A stretch of 64,000 nucleotides of DNA from Eledone cirrhosa (Eukaryota): positions 124,062,001 through 124,126,000 of the forward strand of contig OZ024745.1 in NCBI GenBank assembly GCA_964016885.1, read 5' to 3'. Shown piece after piece: positions 29,125 to 42,235 of the stretch. Both the position numbers and the translations under genes were made by a program. The notes under the pieces are model-generated. The model was not told where the DNA came from, searched no databases, and was given only the letters and a program-made list of their open reading frames with translations. The first letter of the stretch is position 1, and every line of letters starts with the position of its first letter.

Positions 29125-30044
29125 TTAAGAGATTTGTAGTTGTGTATGTTGTCATTGTTTCTACAGATATTTTCTCATCTTAATCTACACAAAATGTACT
29201 GGGAGCATTTTATCAAGGCATAAACATTAAGGAAGTAGCTTTGATCATAGCCGAGTTTACTATCTAAAAAATATTGCTTAGTCAGAGAAGAAATGACTGT
29301 GGCCATGAACCTTTTCATGGCCTCCAAAGACTATTAGGAAGAAATCATCTTCCAGCTGAAGACTTGGACTAAATATTTGCAACAGTGTGGATGTGCTAAA
29401 GACATTCAAGAGCTAGTCAGTTGTGTAAATCCAGGCTATTCATTAAGTTTACGACTTTATGATTGAGCCTATCCAATGAAAATAACATCAAATTAAATTC
29501 TAAACCAAAATCACTTGGATAGTTTATAAGAATTTTTATAAATAATATTTCATTAAAATTTTTTCATCATTCTAAATTTAACAAAAATATATAACAAAAA
29601 AAGTAATTCAATCTAAAGAAAAAATGTCTTTCTTGTCAGATTTGTCTCAGAAATATCTTAATTAAAATATTAAGATATCTGAATTTATCATGAAAACACT
29701 AAAGTTTTTTCCCCAGAGCATATTCAGTTTCATCAGTTGTCTATCTAGGGAGAAATAATTTAATTTTTCCTGTTATTCACTCATTAGACTTTTAATGTTT
29801 TGCTTTGGTAATTTTTCTTCTTTCTTTAACTTTACTTTTCCATTTTCATCTGTTTATTTGAAAAAAATATTAAGATTCTTCAACTGAGCAGAAAATATGA
29901 TAAAAAAACAAATCAAATATACATAAAGTACAACATTTACACAAAAATACATAATCAATAGGAAATATATCAACTATAAAACACACGCAAACATATACAA
30001 ACCCAGCCCTCCCCCATACACACGTACATACATATATATATATT

Positions 30045-30100
<56 letters not shown>

Positions 30101-33013
30101 GCCCAGACTCACTATAAAGGCTGGAGACATGATGTGAAGGGCAGGGTGATCCACTGGCATCTATGCAAAGGAAACAATTTACCGCATTCTGAGAAGTGGT
30201 ATGAGCATAAGCCAGAGTCGATGATAGAAAACAAACAGGTGAAGGTGCTATGGGATCTTAGGATACAGACGGACAAGAAACTGGGACACAATAGGCCTGA
30301 CCTGGTGGTTTTGGACAAGGAAAAAAATCATGCCTGATTGTAGATGTAGCCTGCCCATTCGACACGAGAGTGCAAGAAAAGGAGAGGGAGAAAATTAACC
30401 GATACCAGGACTTAAAGTGGGAGGTAAAAAGGATTTGGAACTGCCATGAAGTCAGAGTCATCCCGATTGTCATAGGCGCACTAGGTACTATCATCATCAT
30501 CATCATCATCATCATCACCGTTTTACGTCCGTTCTTCCATGCTAGCATGGGTTAGATGGGTTGTCCTGTTGTGGGCAGTGTCTGGTTGGCTGACCTTGCC
30601 TTGCTCATACAGGAACTGATTCTGGCTTGATTTCTACAGCTGGATGCCCTTCCTAACACCGACCTCATTTACAGTGAGTGCTGAGTGCTTTTTCCGTGGT
30701 GCCTACACGTCCACTTTACAGTGTGGGCTGGGTGCTTTTTTGCCGTGGCACCTCCACAACCACTTTGCAGTGGGAGAGTGTGGGGGCATATTGTCTATAT
30801 GCTTCAGCTTGTACCCATGGGAGGTCGGGTACTCTGTATTACTGCGTGACACCAGAGGTCACAGTTGTGTGTCATCGCCTTTGAGAGGTGTAATTGGGTA
30901 AGGTCGGCTTTTATCACCTCATCCCAGGTCTTCTTGGGTCTCCCCACTCCGCAGTTTCCATTGACTTCTAGTGCTCTGCACCTTTTTATGCAGCTGTCAT
31001 CCTTCATACGCATCACATGTCCATACCAACGCAACCGCCTCTCCTGCACACAGCATTTGATTCCTCTTATGCTCAGTCTCTCTCTCAATTCATTTATGCT
31101 TTGTCATTCGCGTATATTACTATCACACATCCATCGGAGCATGCAGGCTTCATTTCTCTCTAATCTATGTAAGTCTTCCACTTTCAGCGCCCAGGTCTCA
31201 CTACCATGTAACATTGCTGTTCGGATACACGCATCATACAGTCTGCCTTTCATTTTGAGGGAGAAGCCTTTTGCATCTAGCAGTGGCAGTAGTTCCCTGA
31301 ACTTCTTCCATCCCGTTCTTACCCTAGTTATTGTACTTTCTGAATACCCACCTCCGCTGCTAATTCGGTCACCTAGGTAGCAGAAGCTGTCTACTGTTTC
31401 TACAGAGCCCTCCCAGAGATTGGTGGTACTTGTTTCCTTTGGCTGTTTGCTGCTTGCTGTCCCAGCACAGCTGCTGCATGTGAAGCCTACATTCTTAATT
31501 AAGCTTCCTGAGATCCCGCTACATCTCTTGTGTACCCATTGTTTGCATTTGGGGAAGAGAATGGAGTTCCTACCTACACCTTTCCTACATACTGAGCAAG
31601 GCCATTTCCCTGAGGGGATCTGGGTTCTGTTTTGTCGTCTACTTACAAGGACCTTAGTCTTTGTCATGTTGACTTTGAGACCCTTTCTTTCTAGTCCCTG
31701 CTTCCAAGTTTGGAATTTCTTCTCTAGTTCTACCATAGATTCAGCTATAAGTGCGAGGTCATCAGCATACAGGAGTTCCCATGGGCATCCGGTCTTAAAC
31801 TCCTCCGTTATTGCCTGCAGGACTATGATGAACAGGAGAGGGCTAAGAACAGAGCCCTGGTGGACACCAACCTGTACGCTAAATTCTTCGCTATACTCAT
31901 TGCTAATCCTAACTTTGCTGACTGCTCCCCTATACATGGCTTGTACAGCTTTCACAAGCCATTCATCTACTCCTAGTTTTCTAAGAGCCTACCAGATTAC
32001 AGCATGTGGAACTCTGTCAAAGGCTTTCTCGAGATCGACGGATGCCAGGTAGAGTGGCTTACTTTTAGCTAGGTACTTTTCCTGTAACTGCCTCACAAGG
32101 AAGAGGGCATCAGTGGTGCCTCTTCCTGGTACAAACCCAAATTGCATCTCATCTATTTTCACCCGGTCCCTAATCAACTGTGCTATAACTCTTTCTGTTA
32201 CTTTCATGACCTGGTCCATCAGCTTTATACCTCTATAGTTTCCTCTATCTAGTGCATCACCTTTACCTTTGTAGCAGTTGACAATGATGCTACTGTACCA
32301 ATCTTTTGGTATGACACCTTCTAGTATTACCTGGTTAACAATACGTGTGATTATAGTGTGACCTACAGACCCAGATGCTTTCAGCATCTCAGCAGCTATA
32401 CCCGATGGACCGGTTGCCTTCCCCATCTTCATATCTTTGATTGCCTTACTTACTACGTTGCTGCTGACTTGTACTGCTGGCCCCTCTATAGGGTCTACTT
32501 GGGGTAGAGTCTCTTCTTCCCATGCATTCTCCTCATTTAGTAATCTATCATAATGGCTCTTCCATGCATCTTTTTTCTCAGCACTTGTGAGGGCAAGCTC
32601 ACCTTTATCATTCCGGATACACTTCTCTCCAATGACATCACAATTCTCTCTGACACACTGCCTCGCAATCTTGAACACCTCCTGTTTCTGGTCCTCATGT
32701 TGCAAAACATGCTTGAATTTTCTATCCTCTGCTTCCCTCCTAGCTAAGTATACTTGTCGCCTAGCTTCCCTCTTGGTCTCTATGTAATGTACCCTGCTCC
32801 CCCTGTTCTTCCATTCTTTCCAAAGAGTTTCCAAGGATGGTTAAAGAAAATTAGTCCAGCCCCACTTTTTGGAACACTTCAAAGGGCATGCTTGCTGGGA
32901 ACAGCAAGAACCCTCCGATACGTCCTGAATATCTGAGGCTGCAGGTAGCGGCTTGATATTCATTTCAACAAACTTTCCAGTTAAATAACATCAATGACTG
33001 AAACTCAAAGAAC
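30101..33013 (+). mobile_element. R4/Dong-clade non-LTR retrotransposon 3' fragment with restriction-like endonuclease (RLE), split by an RTE insertion (parts 30101-30490 and ~32820-33013)
   Basis: YKGWRHD...VLWDLRIQTDKKLGHNRPDLVVLD..IVDVACP..EKINRYQDL..VIPIVIGALGTI resumes after the RTE as PKSFQGWL..LQRACLLGTARTLR. One in-frame stop. (TAA)n on both sides. Confidence 0.9.
30491..32819 (-). mobile_element. RTE-clade LINE, 5'-truncated: RT domain, PHD-like finger, 3' UTR and (GAT)n tail
   Basis: ORFs 31989-32834, 31104-31955 and 30804-31088 share one frame, broken by two stops. Motifs NYRGI, QFGF, DLEKAFD, QGSVLSP, YADD, LRWYGHVMRM, GRPKKTW. Confidence 0.97.
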
Positions 33014-33033
33014 AATAATAATAATAATAATAA

Positions 33034-33100
33034 TTGTTTCTACGTTAGGCACAAGGCCAGCAATTATTCAGTGTATTACTGGTACTTTATTTTATCGACC
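33034..33100 (-). mobile_element. SINE S1 3' tail only
   Basis: Matches the last ~67 nt of S1. Confidence 0.85.
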
Positions 33101-34279
33101 GATTTCATTTATTGGCCACAAGGGTCAACATGTAGGGGACAATACAAAGACAGGGACAGTGGGGGTTTACAATAAGTTCGAGTAAAAGTGCACAATGGCA
33201 AGACTAATTTAACAATGAAGAGATACAAATATAAAATAAACTATGTATAAATATAACAAAATAAACTCCCCTATAGGGGTGGGGGGGGGGCGTGGACGAC
33301 TGGGGGTGACTGAGGTACCCCACCAATCCTGAACAACCCAGCGCTTCTAGGGCACCCAGGGAGAGCACCCATTTCCTCAAATTAACTAGCCTATAGGCGC
33401 ATGGGCCACTCTCGCCACATTCACCCACCTTTTAGCAAATGTACTGGGGGGTACACCTTCCTTTCCAGGTGAAACTTGAAGAAGTTGATTAGGGATTGGC
33501 TGAAGAGAAAAGTGTCTGTCTTCAGTCCTTTCAATCTGCTCCACCATATAACCTCTTTCGCAACTGCCACCAGACAGAGGAAAATTGCCTGCTCTTCCTG
33601 ACCAAAGGAAGGCGGTGGGTCGATCTTCACTATGGACTCGGCCGATAGCCGGATCCATTCCACACGCGACAGTAGCTGTTCAACATCACTCCACAAGTCA
33701 GTAATACATGGACATTGGACAAGTACGTGCAGAACAGTTTTGTCGCTCTGTGCGCATCTTGGGCAGGTCTGTCTGACAGCACTTCCGTGCCTGTAGAGTT
33801 TATCCCGAAACGGCAGTGCCACCTGGTAGCACTGCCAAGCGAGGAATTTCTGGAAATTGTCCATCATCCCTGGCTCGAAAGTCCTCCGGTACAGACTGGT
33901 CAGTTCGACTTCGTCAAGGCCCAAAGCCTCCCGAGTGTGTCATCGCATTTGCCCACCACTAATCCTCTATAGAACTCGAGAGTGGAAGTTCCACTGATCG
34001 CATTGGCCGCTTGGTAGAGGGCAGTGAGTGCCTGGCAACATTCCAGGTGCCAGTCACCCAGTCTCGGTCTCTTCTTGACCCAGGACTGCAGCTCAGTCAA
34101 AGAAACGAGCTGCGGCAGGGCCCATCTTATAAACGGCGACCACACCTGTTCAGCGTTTAGGCAGAATATCTGGAGATGTCGCAGCCTCAGCGCATGTCTG
34201 CACATGTCTGCTCATCATTAGCCATGGCATGCCCAGCCCTCCGCGTAGAGGGTGCTGGCAGCAGATGGACCGCCTCACC
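33101..34279 (-). mobile_element. L1/Tx1-clade retrotransposon 3' fragment
   Basis: GGLGMP motif and zf-RVT-type CPRC...TVLHVLVQCP..LW; frameshifted; AATAAA near the 3' end. Confidence 0.85.
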
Positions 34280-34750
34280 AACAATAATAATAATGAGTAT
34301 AGCTGAAGTTGTAGCTGCACAATAGCAGATGAACAATCGAATTATCGGAGGCTGTCACAAAGCACTCAATGAGTGAGTAATTGATAAATTTCTCTTCAGA
34401 GTGAACACAAAAAGTTAAGGAATAGTGACACCATGAATAATGTGACCAGAGACATGTAGCCACAGTAATACAACAACGATATATACAAACATGTCGAAAA
34501 ACAAACCTGAATCTTCTCGATAGATATGAATCTATAAAACCGATAAAAATCTTCGATAGGTTTCTGGAAATCCGGAGAGGTACATTCGAAGTTGTATAAT
34601 ATATAAGCAAGTCAGTAATGCATCATATGATAGAACGGGGATATCTCTTTGTCAACAGGTTTTCTGTCCCAAGTATTTGTTTTCTTCGGGTTCTGAGACA
34701 GCACTATCAGTCAACTAGCAGTAAATTTGGCAGTGATATATATATGTATA

Positions 34751-35255
34751 TGGAAGCTATGGAGTGGGTAGATCAAGAAAAACCTGGGACGAGGTGATAA
34801 AAACTGACCTTGCTCACTTACACCTCTCTAAGACAATGTCACTGGATCGAGATCTTTGGTGCCATGCAGTTGTACAGAAGACCCGCCATCCCTTGCATAC
34901 AAACTTAAACCTACAGTGAGTAGGCACCTCCTAACCCAATATACACCTCACCCCACACACCCTACTCCATCCTCCCATTTCCATCCACTGTAAAGTGGTC
35001 GTGTTGGTGACACAACAAAAAGCACCCAGTCCATACTGTAAAGTGGTCATGTAGGAGACACAGTAAAAAGGGTCCCAGTCCACACTGTAAATGTGGTTGG
35101 TGTTAGAAAGCACATCCAGCTGTAGAAAACCTGCCAGGGACAGTTCTGTAAGAGCAAGACATGGTCTCCCAACCAATCCCACATCAAGTGGATCAAAACT
35201 GTCTAACCCATGCTAGCGTGGAAGATGGATGTTAAACGATGATGATGATGATGAT
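34751..35255 (+). mobile_element. RTE LINE 3' fragment, same lineage as 30491-32819
   Basis: GVGRSRKTWDEVIKTDL..LHLSK..DRDLWCHAV, followed by 3' UTR repeats and (GAT)n. Confidence 0.9.
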
Positions 35256-36007
35256 ATATATATACTTTTTACTCTTTTACTGGTTTAAGTCATTGGATTG
35301 TGGCTAAACTGGGGCATTATTTTCAACCATACAAACCCCAGTAATTATTTCTAAAGCCTGGTACTTTATTGAAATCTATATTTGTCACACTAGTAGAATT
35401 AACAACATTTATATAATATAGTTAATTGTTATGACAACAATATTATATTCCAATAGCTTCAATATAAGCAACTGTAAAATGCAGATGTTGTGATCCTTTG
35501 AAATATTAACAAAATTGGAAATCCTGTTGAAGAGTAGGCATATGAATGAATACCTATTAAAACAAATAATTGAAATTAGAATTGTAGTACGTACACCAAC
35601 ATGTGAAATAGATAATCAAAAATAATGATATAGTAGTAAATATACTTAGTTTGATGACAGTTTTGTAAAGGAATCTACAGTTAATATTTCAAAACTATCT
35701 ACAATAAAGACATTTTCTATGTTGACAGATACCTCGTGGCACAGTTTATAGTTGCAAGAGTTTGGAGCAGTTCAAGATAGAATTGAAAAGCCATTTTCGT
35801 GTATCAACCCATCATCTCATCAATCTTTGTATCATTCTATGAAGATAAACTACTTAGTAATGTCCAAAGGCCCTGAGGGGTTTTGATATATCCTTTTAAG
35901 ATTAACCTTCACTACAGCTGTTTGTATCGATACTTTCATCTACTGGTATGGCGTATGTTACTTTAGTTTCAGATGTTTTACCACTGGGCAATGGTAGTCA
36001 CCATTAA

Positions 36008-36225
36008 CCCTTTAGCATTTAAACTGGCTATATCTGGCCAGAATTCTCTCACCTCTTTCTGTTCAAACCAGCTGTAACCATCCACTCATACTGATGTTAA
36101 GGTATTCTTCTCAAAATAAATAATATCAAAATCTCAAAGATTCAATATTATGTTAGATAATTATGTGAGGTAAAGCCTTTACCATGAAAATACAATTGTA
36201 TATAGAGTAAAGTAATACTATAGGG
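36008..36225. mobile_element. piggyBac-like MITE pB-A, reverse orientation
   Basis: TTAA flanks and TIRs. Confidence 0.8.
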
Positions 36226-36519
36226 TTAAAGTAACATATTTCATTCCATTAGACTTACAACTAAAGGGTTAACTGTTTATATTAGACCCCTGGTACTGCA
36301 TTGTATTCATAATTCAGACATGTGTCTTGTAATTGTGGACCAGTTCATAATCTATATATTACTAAAATTCTGTGATTGCTTGCTTACTTGTCTGTACTGC
36401 AATACAGCCAAAAGGGCGCATAATGGGAAAATACTTTGAAAGAAAGTTGACCCTGAAATGGGAATAAATCAGACCACGAGTTCTCGAGGTATAGGGTTTT
36501 TCCAGGTACCTTCATAAAT

Positions 36520-36550
<31 letters not shown>

Positions 36551-36567
36551 GAGCGAGAGAGAGAGAA

Positions 36568-36615
<48 letters not shown>

Positions 36616-36761
36616 GGTGGTGGTGTTGTGTATATATATGTGAGTGTGTGTATATGTGTGTGTGTCTATAACCAGTGTATATAGATCACAGACACCCACA
36701 TATATATATTTTAAAACTTCACTATTCACAAGTGTTTTTTAAGCTTCATATCATGTCTCCC

Positions 36762-36832
36762 TATTTTATCTGATGAGAACGCAGATATCATCCCATGATG
36801 ATATTTGTTTTTGAAATGCGCATAATAAAATA
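36762..36832 (+). ncRNA. Type I hammerhead ribozyme with palindromic stem III (family H2)
   Basis: Stem I TATTTTAT/ATAAAATA; CTGATGA 36770-36776; 12-bp stem II hairpin; GAAA 36813-36816; TGCGCA; TA. Confidence 0.85.
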
Positions 36833-37377
36833 CTTGAAACTCTTTTAACCATCTTTTGATCTTATATTACACACACATATATATATATGTATACAAACAC
36901 ACACATTTATATATATATACACTCTCATAAGTGAACATGGTTTAAAAAAAATATTTTGAAGTGAACATGACCCAATGTGTCACGGGTGGTCTACTTATTA
37001 AGAAAATAGAAAAGGATTCACTGGATTTGGTGCTTTACTACCAGCAGTGGTAACAACACCATTAGTTAATCATCAGCCTGATCATTAACTGTGCTGTTGC
37101 TTTTTGTTCTCACTGTTAATATGTACTAGCAGAAAAACCACCCGTGGGGTGGTTCTTCTAGCATGTGTAGTGTGTATATTGATATTATACATATAGTATA
37201 TATGCATGTAGATATGATACATCAAATAAAATCGTAATTGACAATATAAACAGAAGTTCAACTAAGCCTAGGTTACACTGTCTTCTGTAATCAGTAATAC
37301 ATGATATATTAAAAAAAAAACAACATTATATATAAACTGCATTAGGAGAAAATTAGTGACCGAAATATTATTTTAAC

Positions 37378-37758
37378 ATTTTATCTCACAGAATTATCGC
37401 TCATAATATCGAAGCGATGAGATTTTTGATGTTATGCATTTTGAGAACAATACCTTAACATCGGTATAAGCGGCCGGTTACAGCTGGTTTGAACAAAAAG
37501 AGGTGAGAGAATTCTGGCTGGATACGGCTGATTTAACCCTTTAGTATTTACATTACTCTATAGTTACTATTATATTTTCATGGTAAAGGCTTTACCTCAC
37601 ATAATTATCTCACATAATTAATACCAAAATTTCATAGACTCTATATTATTTTTAGAACAATACCTTAACATATATATGAGTAACCAGTTATGGCCAGTTT
37701 GAACAGAAAGAAGTGAGCGTAATTCTGGCCAGATATGGCTGGTTTAAATGCTAAAGGG
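37378..37758. mobile_element. Nested pB-A MITEs; copy 37537-37758 inserted at a TTAA of an older copy
   Basis: Two tandem homologous bodies; the inner one begins TTAA-CCCTTTAG. Confidence 0.7.
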
Positions 37759-38159
37759 TAAAATGTTAAAGTTAAAGGGTAAAGTTAAAGAGTAAAATGT
37801 TAAAAAATAGGAAGGTTTAGTGTCAGCAAGGGCATCCAGCCATAAAACACTACCTCAAAAAATTCTCATCTAACTCATAAAGAGACAGGCACACAAATGC
37901 TAATGAGGCACTATAGTCCAACATACTATGTTATATTACTCACCATACAACACCAGTTCTATATTAAACTGTATTACAGCTCCATTCTTTTGTTTTAGAG
38001 TGTAAATGGCATCAATGTGTCATTACAGTTAATAATATACTGGTATAAGACTTGCAATATATAAGAATCACATGTTATTAATGTTTTGTTTCCTATAGGA
38101 GATTATATAATTGAGAAACTATAAAGAATTCCAATGAGACTGATGTAGTTTGATATTTC

Positions 38160-38276
38160 ATTATCATCATGAACATCACCACCATCACCATCATCACCAT
38201 CATCATCACCATCACCATCATCATCACCATCATTATTATCACCGCCATCATCATCATCACCATCATCATCACCATC

Positions 38277-38365
<89 letters not shown>

Positions 38366-39170
38366 TTTCACCACCATCATCATCATCATCATCATCTTTA
38401 TCACCACCATCATCACCATCATCATCGTCATCACCATGATGATCATCATCACCATCATAATCATCATCATCATCATTGTCATATTCTTCACCACCACCAC
38501 CACCAAAAACGCCATCACTATCAACAGCACCATCACCATTGCCAACACCATCACCACCATCACCACCAACACCATCAACACCCTCACCACCACCACCATC
38601 ACCACCAGCACCACCAGCACCACCAACACGATCACCACCAGCACCACCACCAGGACCACCACCACCATCGTCATCACTATCAACAGCACCTGCTCCATAA
38701 CCACCACCACCACCACCACCACCATCATTGTATCACTATCAACAGCACCTGCACCATCACCACCACCATCATCAACACCATGACCACCACCACCATCACC
38801 AACACCATCACCACCACCATCACCAACACCACTATCACCGCCACCATTGTCATCAGTATCAACAGCACCTGCACCATCACCACCACCATCTCCACCACCA
38901 CCACCACCACCACCACCACCACCACCACCATCACCACCACCATCTCCACCACCACCACCACCACCACCACCACCACCACCATCACAACCACCACCACCAT
39001 CACCACCACCATCTCCACCACCACCACCACCACCACCACCACCATCACCATCACCATCTCCACCACCACCACCACCACCACCATCACCATCACCACCACC
39101 ATCTCCACCACCACCACCACCACCATCATCACCGTCATCACTATCAACAACACCTACAACATCTACATCA
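38160..39170. repeat. (CAT/CAC)n low-complexity tract
   Basis: Direct reading. Confidence 0.92.
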
Positions 39171-39304
39171 TTTTTATTATTCTATGTCTGCTTCTTGTGT
39201 TGGTTTAAGTAGGGCAATGTCACGAACCAAGTCAATCCTTATTTAGAGTTTCTATATTCCTAGATATCTTGGAGGACTTCATCTTGCTGGTTCATTCTAG
39301 AGAT

Positions 39305-39478
39305 ATCATCATCATCATCATCATCAACGTTTAACGTCCGTGTTCCACGCTTGCATGGGTTTGGACGGGGGTAGTCCCACTTGAGGCAAGAGTGATTGTC
39401 TTGCTCGCATAGGACTGTCTGGCAGGTTTTCTACAGTTGGATGCCCTTCCTAACACCAACCACATTTACAGTGTGGGT
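39305..39478 (-). mobile_element. RTE 3' UTR or SINE tail fragment
   Basis: Near reverse complement of 56300-56472. Confidence 0.8.
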
Positions 39479-39500
39479 CTATATCATTCAAAGCAATTAA

Positions 39501-40068
39501 CCCTTTAGCATTTACATTACTGGAGGCACATGGCTTAGTGGTTAGAGCATTGGTCTTGCAATCGAAAGGTTGTGAGTTCAATTCTCAGACTGGGTGATGT
39601 GTTGTTTCCTTGAGCAAGACACTTTATTTCACATTGCTCCAGTTTACTCAGCTGTAGAAATGAGATGATAGGGACTGGAGTCCCTATCATTCCACTGCAA
39701 AGTGGTCGTGGAGGTGCCACGGCAAAAAAGCACCCAGCACTCACTGTAAATCAGGTTGGTGTTAGGAAGGGCATCCAGCTGTAGAAATCAAGCCAGAATC
39801 AGTTCCCGCCCCACCCTTGCAAGCAGGGTAAAGTGGACGTAAAATGAAATGATGATGATGATGATTACTCTATATTTACTATTATATTTTCACGGTAAAT
39901 GCTTTATCTCACATAAGTATCTCACATAATATCCAATCTATGAGATTTTGAAAGTATTTATTTTGAGAATAATACCTTAACATCAGTTTGAGCGACCATT
40001 TACAGCCAGTTTCAACAGAAAAAGGTAGAGAATTCTGGCCGGTTTTGGCCGGTTTGAACATTAAAGGG
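39501..40068. mobile_element. pB-A MITE interrupted by SINE S2
   Basis: TTAA-CCCTTTAG...TAAAGGG-TTAA; the MITE body resumes after the SINE. Confidence 0.8.
39522..39863 (+). mobile_element. CORE-type SINE S2 with ATTACT TSD
   Basis: Homologous to 8608-8998 with one internal repeat fewer; ATTACT at 39516-39521 and 39864-39869. Confidence 0.88.
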
Positions 40069-40239
40069 TTAATAACCATATAAAATATATGAATGACCAA
40101 ATGATTATGAATTTGAAACAAAATACCAAAATCTTCTATTCAGAATTTTAAATTGACTGAAGCCTTATATTTAACTGTTTCTAAGTTAGAGTTGAGGATA
40201 TTTATTGGGCTGTCTTAAGAGTTAAACAACCATGATATA

Positions 40240-40740
40240 AGGCTAATATGTGTAATGAAGTAATTTTGAGGATTGAATGACTTGCTAATGAGGAAAAAGG
40301 TGTTGCTGAAACTAAGGGTGTATGTTGTGTGAGAAGTACCATGATTTATGGGCACAAGACATGGGTGATGAATGTGGAGCAGCAGAGAAGACTGGAAAGA
40401 CTAGAAATGAAGATGGTTTAATGGAGGAGCAGAGTATTGCTCAAAGAGAGGAAAACAAGCAATGAATTGAAGAAAATGATACGAATGGATCCAATGATGA
40501 ATGTTTTGAATAAAAATTGAAATGAGATTGGTGGGTTATTGAGGAAGGTTGTGAGTTACAGGGTGTTGAGGAGTGATGAAATAAATGTGAAAAGAAAGAC
40601 ATGGCTAAAGATAATAGAGGAGGAAATGAAAACCAGAGTTTTAGTGAGAAGGAATGCAGAAGATAGAACAAAATGGAGAAGCTTACCATGGGACCTGCAA
40701 GGCTAACCACCACCTTAGTTGGAAAAATGACATTAAATCA
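40240..40740 (+). mobile_element. Old degenerate RTE 3' fragment
   Basis: Remnant YG.KTWVMNVEQQRRLERLEM. Confidence 0.6.
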
Positions 40741-41451
40741 CTTACTGTTGTTATAAGCCTCATAGGCTTAGCTATAAATTTCAAATAGTTTCAGTTTTGC
40801 TGAGGTGTAACCTTTCTCAGAATAGATGAACAAATTGGCACCAAATTTAGGCAATAGCTCAATCCAAAAGCTAATCCCTCTTGTGAGTATGTAAATTGTA
40901 ATTACTACTTCAGCACCACATTTATATCCCATTTATATTACATACAGTAAAAATAGAGTATAAGAAGATGAAACTTTGAAACTTCACGAAGAATACTTTT
41001 GAGTATTTTTTTTACTGGCACCACTAATAAGAATGATAAGAATGATATCCATTCCTTAAAGGCAACTGATAGATATTTGTCTTTTTCTTGTTTGATTCTG
41101 AAAAAAATTTTGCGTCCTAATTTTGTCTAGAAATTTATTTATTTATTTACTTTCATTTTGATATATATAAATAAGACCCCATTATGATACTTTATGAAAA
41201 TCCTGTTCAATACATTTTAATTAAATTTTCTTGTTTTGCAAAAAGCTCCTGTAGTTCTATTAGTCTACATGGCAAAATCTTCAAAGAGATCTTCAAACAT
41301 TGCCTGCAGCAACAACCTCATTATTGTAAAAGCAAATAGTGTTATAGTCATTTATGTATTATTTTTTGCATTTTATTTTTAACTTTTGTACATCTATTTA
41401 GCTCCTTGAGACTGTTTCCATTTTTTCCCCTAAATTCTCACTGTATGTAAA

Positions 41452-41492
<41 letters not shown>

Positions 41493-41823
41493 TGTGTGTG
41501 TGTTTATGTATATATGAGAGTGTGTGTACATGTATATCTCTCTCTGTATATATATATATATATGATACATTTATATACATAAATATGACATGACATATAT
41601 ATATATAAATATATATATATAGATATATATATATGTGTGTGTGTGTGTGTATTTGTGCATGTGTGTGAGTGTATGTATCAGCATCATCATCATCATCATC
41701 ACTGTTTAACATCTATTTTTTCCACACTTATATATAGCAATGGTAAAAATGTATAACTCTATTTGTATGTAGAGAGCTATATAAGAGAGTATATAATTGC
41801 CATATATATATGTGTGTGTATGC

Positions 41824-41878
<55 letters not shown>

Positions 41879-42235
41879 CAGCCACAGTTTATGGTCATTT
41901 TTTTCCATGCTGGCTGTATGATTAGTTTGATTTTATACATCCCATCTATATGGTTATTTAATTTAATTACTAGAAATACAATTTTATTCAGTCATCGGCT
42001 TAATAATTTTCAAAGTTGTTTGACTGGGTTTTAACTAAAGTAAAAACTAGATGGCTGAGCAATAAAAAAGGAAGTCAAAATTGATATTATCTTTGCTGAA
42101 TACCTATTTCACTTCTGAAGCCTATCAAATTTTCTGTCTGCAGGAGGTAAATCTATACACACACCCACACTCACACAGATGTGCAGATCCAACATATATA
42201 TATATGCAAATATTTGTGAATGTATATATATATAT

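Noticed and set aside
35716-35845. Host exon after TTGACAG
   Set aside because: The open frame (SCKSLEQFKIELKSHF) resembles a CR1/L2 ORF2 C-terminus and ends quickly; more likely LINE debris.
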